The notes beneath the pieces are model-generated. The model was given only the letters and a program-made list of their open reading frames with translations, did not search any database and was not told the origin of the DNA. Source: Octopus vulgaris (Eukaryota). Taken from it: a stretch of 64,000 nt of DNA. The first letter of the stretch is position 1. The number at the start of each line of letters is the position of its first letter. Positions 54,091 through 64,000 of the stretch are shown in pieces. Location: the NCBI GenBank assembly GCA_951406725.2, contig OX597816.1, forward strand, positions 156,240,001-156,304,000, written 5' to 3'. The position numbers and the translations under genes are program-made.

Positions 54091-55269
54091 TTATATATTT
54101 TTTAATTAAAACTTTACAAATTATGGCACCTTGCTTCTACTTAGAATCTATAATTTGCACGCAATGAAATAATAAAAGGAAGCACTAGTACAGACGAAGG
54201 GTAACTTGAAAGACCTATGTAGTTAATAACAAATTATGTACATGTTTGCATTACTTTCGGTAGTTCTCTCGTATGACAGAGAGCCAGTGACACAGTATCA
54301 CAGGGTAACTAGGACAGCAAACAATTAAGAAAGTAATGATAGAGAAAATGAAGAAAGAATACATATAAAGAAATTTAAATTTAAGTATCCCAATTATTCA
54401 AACTGTTCCCCTTAAGCAATACCATTTGAACCAGTATTTATGCATCCATTTGTAAAAGAAGATTCGCTTGTATTATTAATGCAAGTGTTTATCTCAATTC
54501 ATAATTTTTAAAATGGAATATTGAAAGTTTTCGAAATTCAAACAAAAAAAAAGTAAAAAAGTAATTAATGTAAATAAGCCCATCTTAATTTAAAATTCCT
54601 ATGAAGTGTTGAAATATAACTGCGTCCTACAGAGTTGTCGATTGGAAATCGATACTTGTTTGCTCTAAATCTACGTAAAGGAGAGAGAGATTTAGTTCAC
54701 ACCAAGCAAAACATTTCGTTCATGTTGCCACGCTGTGTTTATCAGAGAATTATGTTCTGAAGAAAGTACTGTCATAACGAGAATGAAAATGAAATGCAAA
54801 TTTAAATCAAAAAAGAAAAAGAGAGAAGGAAATATTTAATCCAGCCTTGGAAGCGTTCAATCTTAATCCGGTTGTGAATGAAAACAGATTGTATCAAACA
54901 CTTTTCTCTTTATCTAACCTATTTCATAGAAAATTTATTTGTTTATTTCAAATATTACTGGATTAAATTTTAGATTAAATTTATTTTTATCTGCAATTTA
55001 TTATTTCCATATTACAAAAGTAACGCTTGTATTCGGGTCAGGGTTTCGATATAGCATGTATTTCCCCAAAGGAAAACTGTTAATGTAGCAGCAGCTTGTT
55101 GGTATTTCTAGTAACACTGACCTTGAGAAATTAATCACTGAATGCCTGAAATATTTAATAATCAAACATTCTTATGTTATCTATTTAACTGTGATATTAA
55201 ATAACATTTTCATTCTTTTATCACTTCCTCCACCAAAAACGTGCATGTGATTGATAATTAGGTAATATT

Positions 55270-55660
55270 TCTCTTTCTCTTTTTCTTTTTTAATTGTTTC
55301 AGTTATTTTACTGCGACCATGCTGGAGCACCGCTTTTAGTCGAGCGAGCAAATAGACCCCAGGACTTATTGTTTGGAAGCCTAGTACGTATTCTATCGGC
55401 CTCTTATGCCGAACCGCTAAGTTCCGGGGACGTAAACACACCAGCATCGGTTGTCAAGCGATGTTGTGGGGACAAACACAGACTCACAAACATATACACA
55501 CACATACACATATATACATATATACGATGGGCTTCTTTCAGTTTCCGTCTACCAAATCTGCTCCCAAGGCTTTATAGAAGACACTTGCCATGTAGTGGGA
55601 ATGAACCCGGAACCATGTGGTTGGTAAGCAAGCTACTTAACACACAGCCACTCCTGCGGC
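55270..55660 (-). mobile_element. SINE family B in reverse orientation
   Basis: Reverse complement of 52423-52838 with an internal deletion. Confidence 0.9.
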
Positions 55661-56153
55661 TATGCATATTTTCTTGCACGAATCTTTTCAAGAAACAACA
55701 TATATTTGAACACGTTTTTCACGTGGTCTCCAAAGTTTATTTTTTTAACTTACTATTTTTATCGCTTTATTGTTAAATAAAGATTCAAACCAACTAACAT
55801 GCGCTCGGCCTGTTAGGAATGATAGCCAAAACACCCTCATACCAATCCCTAAGTTTTAAAAAGACACGCGGTAATATAATCTGAAATCATATAAAAATCC
55901 TGGAAAGAAGGCGAAGATGCCTTTGATCACACATATTGAATTAGAGTAGCGACCGAGCGCATATTAGTTCATATTGAGTTAGAGTGACGACCTGTATATC
56001 TGCCTTAGATCTGGATTGAAGTAATTGCTGGTGTATTCCTGATCGTCACGTGAGATTACTATGTTAATAATAAACTATTTAACTGCAGTTTCATTCATTT
56101 AGTTATGATAATGCAGATGGTGACAAATCTGTCACTGAGGAGTGAGACAGGTG

Positions 56154-56198
<45 letters not shown>

Positions 56199-56211
56199 GT
56201 GTGTATATATG

Positions 56212-56260
<49 letters not shown>

Positions 56261-56690
56261 ATGTATGAATATATATATATATGTGTGCATACGTGTATAT
56301 GAGTGTATACGTATTTATGTATGTATGTGCGTGTGTCGGTGTATATACATAAATGTTTATATCAGCGTTTGAATAAGAATATTTAAAATTTATCGATTAC
56401 TAGTTCTATGAATGTAAATCCTGTTTTCACATAGAGGGGTTACGGTCATTGAACTCGCGGTCAATGACTCATCATCATATAAGTTATTATCACGTGAGCT
56501 GCATTTGATAGCAGAAGAGGATGCCGGAGAAAATGTTCTCTTACTATTTAATTTGTATTAACCTATAATGTATCGGTGCGTGTGTTTGTATGTTCATGCA
56601 CGTCTACTTGTATGATTTTATGAGTAGAACACACATGCGAGCACACACACACGCACACATGCACACACGCACACACGCACACACGCGCGC

Positions 56691-56724
<34 letters not shown>

Positions 56725-56740
56725 GCACGCACACACATAT

Positions 56741-57120
56741 AGGCGCTGGCGTGGCAATGTGGTATGAAGCGTGCTCTCAAACAACATGAGTTGGGATTCC
56801 GTGCGTGGAATCTGGGGCAAGTGCGATCAACTTAGCCTTGGGACGACAAATGCCATGTGAATGGATTTGGTTGACGGAAACTGAAAGACGTCCGTCGTAT
56901 ATATATATATATTTATCTATTTATGTGTGTATATTAGATGTGCGCGTGCCTATGTTTGTTCCCCACCACTGCTTGACAACCGTAGCTGTTCGGCAAAAGA
57001 GCGCTGACAGAATAAATACTGCGCTTTAAAATAAGTCCTGGTGCCGATCTGTTCGACTAAAACCCTTCAAGTCGGTTCTACACCATGGCCGCAGTCAAAT
57101 GAATGAAAGATGCTGAAAGA
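56741..57120 (+). mobile_element. SINE family B, more diverged
   Basis: GGCGCTGGCGTGGCAATGTGGTA..GACGGAAACTGAAAGA..GCTTGACAACCG..CATGGCCGCAGTCAAATGA. Confidence 0.85.
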
Positions 57121-57311
57121 TATATATATTTGCACACACATTTGCACACGTATGTACATCCATACCCACACATGTTTTAAATTCAAATCTAAACGAGGTC
57201 ATCTTTAATATTGATACTGCATCAGTCAATAGAATAAACGTTACTATTGTATTGGTATATCGATTCATTTGAGTAAATCCTATTTGCCTGTATTTGACAA
57301 TATTTTATTGC

Positions 57312-57439
<128 letters not shown>

Positions 57440-60400
57440 TCAGCCCATTGACTTCAGTTTTAGAGATAAAACTATAATTCGGTCGATTTTCATTTCTGAA
57501 ATCCAACAGGTGTCTTCGCTTTGATTTTATGCATTTTATTATTATCGTAGAAACAAAGGTTCGCTGTTGCCATCGAGAAAATAGTCACTCTGTGACGATC
57601 AGAGATAAAACAGATCGATGCCTAGCTAGAAAGTATTTTGACTGTAAAATGTCGATGAAGAGTCAAAAAGTTATAACTTTATTAACAATTATTAATCTTA
57701 AATATTTAACATTTTATTGTTTCAAAAACTATGAAAAGCGTATTTGATTTTCAACACGAATTTATAACACGTTAGAGAATATTATGCATCTGCTACGTCT
57801 TTCGGTTTCTCCCCTGTTATGGCGTTTATGTACTGGATGTAACTCGAAAATACATGCCAAATATTTTCTGCCAAATTCTTTAGATTTTTCTCTCTGTGTA
57901 TTACTGAACAAAAATAAATTTCAAATATGTTTGTAACGGTTAGGCTTAATGTTTATGTAATTTTTACGCATATAAGTCACTAAGTAGCTTTTCGCAAAAA
58001 TATAGACTACTGATGTTTAGAATAATATCATCGCTTAGGTTGATATTTAAAGGTAAATATTCAAGGTATTCTTTTTTTCTTAAAGCGAGTTTAATTCTGG
58101 ATCTGATTGAAGTGACATACCAGTCAAAATATTTGTTATATGTTTACATGAACATATGAGGATACGGTTGCTTTTTATTTTATGTAAGGAAGTCCCAAAG
58201 AAGGCAAAAAGCCACTTAGTGTAATGAGCTATGAAGAAGAACAAATTAAGATAAAAGGATTGAATTTAATGATCATTTAAATTAATGTAGGATGTTCTAT
58301 TTTCAAATTTAACACATCAGAGAAACCTTAGCGAATAACTTTCCGTAGAGACTGAATAAACTAAGGAACAACAATATCATTTTCAAGAATGTGACTTTGA
58401 ACAGGAAGGTATATACGATACTATTGCTACATTTGTATGTAGTCAGCCTTTGCTCATACGGAGCATGATACATTTGTATGTGGTAACATCCATGGTATTT
58501 CTTGTACAGTTTTGTTGGGATCGTCATATCCAAGAAGCAAATATGTGATGATCTGGTGCATATTTTCAGTAGTATCTGCTTCAGATAACTTACATCGATG
58601 CTGATTTTATAAACGTTATCAACCATAGACTTTCCCATGTGTTATTTTCCAGATCTGATTCCCATTTTGGAGAAACAATGTACAATATACGTATATTTGA
58701 TAATCATGCTAAGGTTTTATACGCTTTCACGTTCTTTACCAATACAACACCATACACAATAAATATGTGATTTAAGACTTGTCAATTACATATATAAATC
58801 CAGTTGCCACCTAAAGTAAGTTGTTCCGTATCAATGATACATTTTTACAATGCATTCGCAGACCCTTGATTGTTGAGCAATTGAAACTACATACAGATTC
58901 ATTATGAACCACAACACTCTAAGTCAAGCTCATTAGTCTCTACATTAAAAATGCAGCCCGCTTTCTCATACAAGTCCCGCTCGTATAGGAACCACCTTTC
59001 GTTGACTTACATGTAAATACGCTACAGTTAGAAACTGTTATATGTTATGAAAAGTTTTCTGAATCAAGCCTATCCAGTGAGCCAATACTGACATAAGGCA
59101 CAAGAAGTCAGATTAGAAATGAATAATATTTTGGACATTTTGAACATTTATTATTGGCAAGACACAGTTAACTGATATCGGGACTACTAGCTAATACAAT
59201 GCTCAACAATTCCAAAGGTTTGCCACTAAATACAGGAGTAAATTCCTCCTTCGGCGGTATATAAATAGATCAAGATGATATCAAATACTGAGATTTATGA
59301 ATCATGGCCTTGGAAACAGTGCAACACAAACAACAAGATGAGAATCGTCTACTTGACCAACAATGTTGCATTAAAGTTAATGAAATAATATAACGTAGGA
59401 ATTTTTCTGAAAGTCGTTTTTGAAGTTACACCTGGTTTTTCATTTAATTGTCATATTTTACAGGAAGAAGACTATTATCAAATAATAAAATTGTTTAAAA
59501 AGCATTTTCAATGTAGAGTTTTAATTTTTTATTATAATTGTATAGAATATTTTGCTCAATAGATCACTTTTAATGACTTTCTTTCTTGAGGCTTTTCTTT
59601 TGTAATTTCTACTTTATGCTCATGGAAGAAGCTCTAGAACTGGTGGTTAATTATGCAAATCCGAATACTGTTTATAATTGAAAAGCAATTATTTTTGTCG
59701 CTTTTTACTGCTGGGAGCTGCGCAAATAAAGTTTTAAAAGTTTTGCCTGAGGAAGATCAAAATGCTGGCGACAGAGCAAGCAATGTTGACCCTTCAAACT
59801 AAAAGTTGGCGTTTTATCGACTCAAACAACTGAAAGTATATGAAAGAATGAAAAATATTAGCAGACATTAGCAAATAGCTGAATCAAGTCTTGAAGTTAT
59901 CTCGCAACTAAGACAGTTGGCCTTCTAATTAGGCGCCTCTACAAGTTTTCTGTCTTCAAAGAAGACACTTCTAAATAGACATTGTGACGGATCAATAACA
60001 CTTATATTGAACCGAACACCATATTTGCTTCCTCAAGCTCAATGTCATATGAAAACTACTGATTATAATACAAGTATTCATTTAATGTTTCTAAAGTATC
60101 GCTAGATTGGAATGATAGATATTTTCTTTCATGTCAAAAACCACTAATTAACTTTTATTCTGTGGACCCGGGTTTCCAGACTTTTCTCTCAGAAGAAGAC
60201 AACTTGATGCCGAATACACAAAAGATAACTAATATTTAAAGGAAAGATTATATACTTGCAACTGTGAATTAATTCTAAAAGAGTCAAAATAAACGAATCA
60301 ATATAATATAACCAGATGCAGCAAATATTCGACAGTTTGTAGAAGACAGGTCGATCCGTGTCCATTGTGAGAACATCATAACTCCCGCAGGCTCTGTTCT

Positions 60401-60442
60401 AAAGATGTAAATAGATAACATGTGTAAGGACATCTTGACTTA

Positions 60443-60560
60443 AGTGGCGAATTGGCATCATCGTTAGACAATCGGACAGTAATTTTTCCCGGTATTTCTT
60501 CCATATTCTTGAGATCTGATTTCAAATTCGTTGCGGTCAACTTCACTTTTAGTTCCTCAG
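60443..60560 (+). mobile_element. Degenerate SINE family A head
   Basis: GTGGCGAATTGGCATCATCGTTAG..GGTATTTC..TTCAAATTCG..GGTCAACTT. Confidence 0.55.
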
Positions 60561-60954
60561 TTGAAGATAAGTGAATAAGAAGTCTACGTCAGTGGAGAAA
60601 AGAAATTGAAGTGCATCGAAAAATGATGACCTGGGTTATTTATCATGCTACGTTGCAATGTGAGTTCCAATAGCGCTATGGCCATTTTGACAGTAGGGGT
60701 TATTTCGTTTAGTGCTTCATCTTGGTCACTGGGTGTCTTCGTGGAGTCTGCTCAGCTGCAAGCAGTCAGAGCAGATGATAGGTTTAGAGCTACTTTACTC
60801 CATTCAGTCTCTGGAGTCTTAAAAGTATAATTGAGAGAGCTTCCTTGCACATACGCATATACATATAAACATATATATACAAAGAGGTAAACATTAATTT
60901 CTTAAAATGTTTGTTTCTTAAAATCTTTATATATATATATATATATATATATAC

Positions 60955-60986
<32 letters not shown>

Positions 60987-61676
60987 GTCTGTGTGTGTTT
61001 GAATGTAAACACAAACCACAATGCATATAAAAATACATACACACACACACACGCACACATATATATAGATTTTATGCACACAAACGCATCCTTACACATA
61101 TGCATAGTGCATTTGTGGTTGTGGAGGGAGATGACTAGAATTATTATGTTGTCACACAAGCAACAGGGATTTGTGACAAAATGTTCCTCAGTACTCATCG
61201 TACACAGCATTTTTCAATAAGCACAGATTTATCAGCAAATTACTGACATAGAAAAAGAAGGGATTCGTCATATTTAGAACGCACAATTTTAACTCTGCTA
61301 TCCTGCCAAGTTACGAACCAACAACAATATGAAAAGAAAATATACATTTTAAGATTCTTTGCTATGTAATCTACATAAGGATTACCTATCAACCGCATTT
61401 GATGTTCTCGTTTAGGTATCTAAAATACTTATAATCTAATGATAAATTTTGTGCGAAAAAATACAAATATAAACACAGAAATTTATAGCAGCAGAATGAA
61501 AACGAAAGAAAATTTAGCCAAAATAATGTAGTACTTGAGGAAAACATAACTTGCATACTGTCAGTGAGTTAACGGATTCACTTGAAATAGCTTGGCTAAT
61601 GTTGAGTCTTATATTTGCTAATGACGAAATAATATTCGATATATCTATATGTACAAATAAATACACACACACTTAC

Positions 61677-61731
<55 letters not shown>

Positions 61732-61732
61732 T

Positions 61733-61764
<32 letters not shown>

Positions 61765-61809
61765 CATTTATATACATATATATATATACATATATATATA
61801 TACATATAT

Positions 61810-61885
<76 letters not shown>

Positions 61886-62751
61886 TATATAACATATATA
61901 AATATATATGTATATACCTGTATACCTATATCTATATGTATCATATGCACGTACGTGCACGCGCATATTCAATTAAGCTACTCTAATATTAAAGTCATAT
62001 ATCTATGTGAGGATGTGAATACGTTAAAATGAATCTAAATGTTAATTTTTTTTTCATAATACGACGCCAATAATGTAAAAATATACCACTCCAGCTTTGA
62101 AGTAACAGCATTAACAAGTACTGAAGCAAACAAAAGCAAAATATAGAGAAAAAAATATGCGGCAACTACGAGTCAAACATAAAAGTATTTTGTATATCAA
62201 ACTAAATTATTTAAAACTACCTAGTTCTATTTGCAATTTGCAGAGAATTGACTATAAATTATAAATGAGAGATATAGCCATCTTCAGGATAATGGCTTAG
62301 CAAAGAGAAAATTAAAGCCAGTGATCCTACTTGAAAAGAACATACATAAGTATGTACACACCCACATACATACGTATGTATCTGTGTATTGGAGAAAGCC
62401 CAGCTGTGATAAAATAGAAATGTAAACGTATTCCTTTAATTCAGGAAATAATTAAGCGGCCGTTATAGAGAATGAGAGTTACTACAATGTGTGAGCCGTT
62501 GCAACGCTTCCTTCCACGCAAAAAGTAGCATAGGCTATTTGCAATAATATATACCAGTCACAAATTATACTATCTTTGTAATGACTAGTTTCATTTTCAT
62601 ATTTTACCGCTTGAGGCTTCTACATTATATACAAATATCATACAACACGTATATACATACATACATATATAAACATATATACACACACATATATATATAT
62701 CTATACATACGAATATATGTATATATATATATGTGTGTGTGTGTGTGTGAG

Positions 62752-62790
<39 letters not shown>

Positions 62791-63386
62791 CTCTGTGAAT
62801 TAGAGGTTGAGAAACCAACAAAGGGATAGTACCTATCCAATATACTTGGTGGTAGTGTACTCAATTATTCATAGACAAGTGATAGTCATTGCATAGCAAT
62901 CTCGCAATTGAATATAATATACGGGCGGGGGTAAAAAAAAATGTGATTTACGCATGGTTAATACGGCAAATACGAAAACTCTAGTTATATTATTATAATT
63001 TATTCGACGACAGTTTGATGTGGCTCCACGCAGTTTAAATTTTCGTTGGCTCAATCATCGAACTCCCTCAGTCCCGGATTCGGGTGTACAGGGTGGATGA
63101 TACTGAGCTGCTATTGGGGAATATAATTCACATCCTGTCACTAATAGTGATACTGACATTGAAGCGACAACAGATTCAAACTGAATTCCTAGAAACACAT
63201 GTTTGGTCGGGATGTTTGCTGGTGACTGCCTATCTGGGAAGTGGAAGCGACAGCAGATCGCTGTTGCCAGAGCGTGTATTAAACCTACCTGATGTGTGGT
63301 GTGCGTGTGTGTGTGAATGTGCATGAATGCACGGGTATTTATGTGTGTGTTTATGTTGACAGCATCACAAAGTTAGCATATATATA

Positions 63387-63421
<35 letters not shown>

Positions 63422-63609
63422 CTGATATATAAGTGCGTGTGTTCGTGTGCGTATGTATTGCGTGCACGCGCACGTATATATATATCCGTATAAGTTTGCG
63501 CTTGTATCTAGTTTGTGTGCGTGTTTATGTGTAACTGTGGTGTGCGTGCATGTGTACACATACACGGACACTTCAGACGCACATCCAAATTCATTGCCCT
63601 CTCTAATGG

Positions 63610-63905
63610 GAGGATGATGGTAAAAGATATCATCACCATTGTAATCGCACCAATTTGAAAGCATAACCTTATTCCGGTAAAGTCCAATTTCGGAGGTTGT
63701 TTGTGGTGTTCCACTGCACCTCCTCCGTTGTTATAGACAATCCATTTATTGTCATCTGTCTCCATTCTCTTCATAAACGTTAGCATCATTCCAACAATCA
63801 AGCCTGCTTACATAGCTAAGTTGATAAAGATAGTTTTCAACACGTGATTTGAATATTTGGAGCATGCTTGTGATCTTCCTGTTGGTGTAACGTTGGTTCG
63901 TGCGC
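63610..63905 (-). mobile_element. Mariner transposase fragment (second HTH to catalytic domain start), decayed
   Basis: The minus strand reads NQRYTNRKITSMLQIFKSRVENYLYQLSYVSRLDCW, TFMKRMETDDNKWIVYNN (compare IVTGDEKW.yN) and PQTTSEIGLYRNKVMLSNWCDYNG (compare KVMLSIWWDxxG). Confidence 0.85.
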
Positions 63906-64000
63906 AATCTGTCTCGTTCCAAAATAGCACTGTACTACGTTGATGTAACGGGTATGGATGCACCAGGCATTTCAATGTTAGCTACTTATTAGGGTGGTTG

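Noticed and set aside
63987-64000. TATTAGGGTGGTTG resembling a mariner TIR start
   Set aside because: Only 14 bp at the window edge; it cannot be evaluated

Overview
AT-rich, microsatellite-saturated animal DNA. The SINE, Penelope and Helitron repertoire resembles that of octopus (coleoid cephalopod) genomes; this is inferred from recognising the repeats and was not tested. I found no convincing host protein-coding gene, and nearly all listed ORFs are simple-repeat artefacts. The window is mostly decayed transposons: a young 5'-truncated Tx1/L1 LINE, R4/Dong-type RLE LINE ends, RTE LINE fossils, three Penelope-like elements (PLEs), two non-autonomous Helitrons, two mariner fragments and many tRNA-derived SINEs. 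Two signals stand out. (1) An apparently intact minimal type I hammerhead ribozyme at about 22888-22973 sits inside a short element with a 50-bp inverted repeat that starts next to the predicted cleavage site, and several degenerate or variant hammerhead motifs occur at other PLE-like ends. (2) Different retroelement clades appear to occupy different microsatellites: Tx1 in (TCTA)n, an RLE element in (CATA)n and Dong-like ends in (TAA)n. All translations and foldings were done by eye, and boundaries of degenerate elements are approximate.
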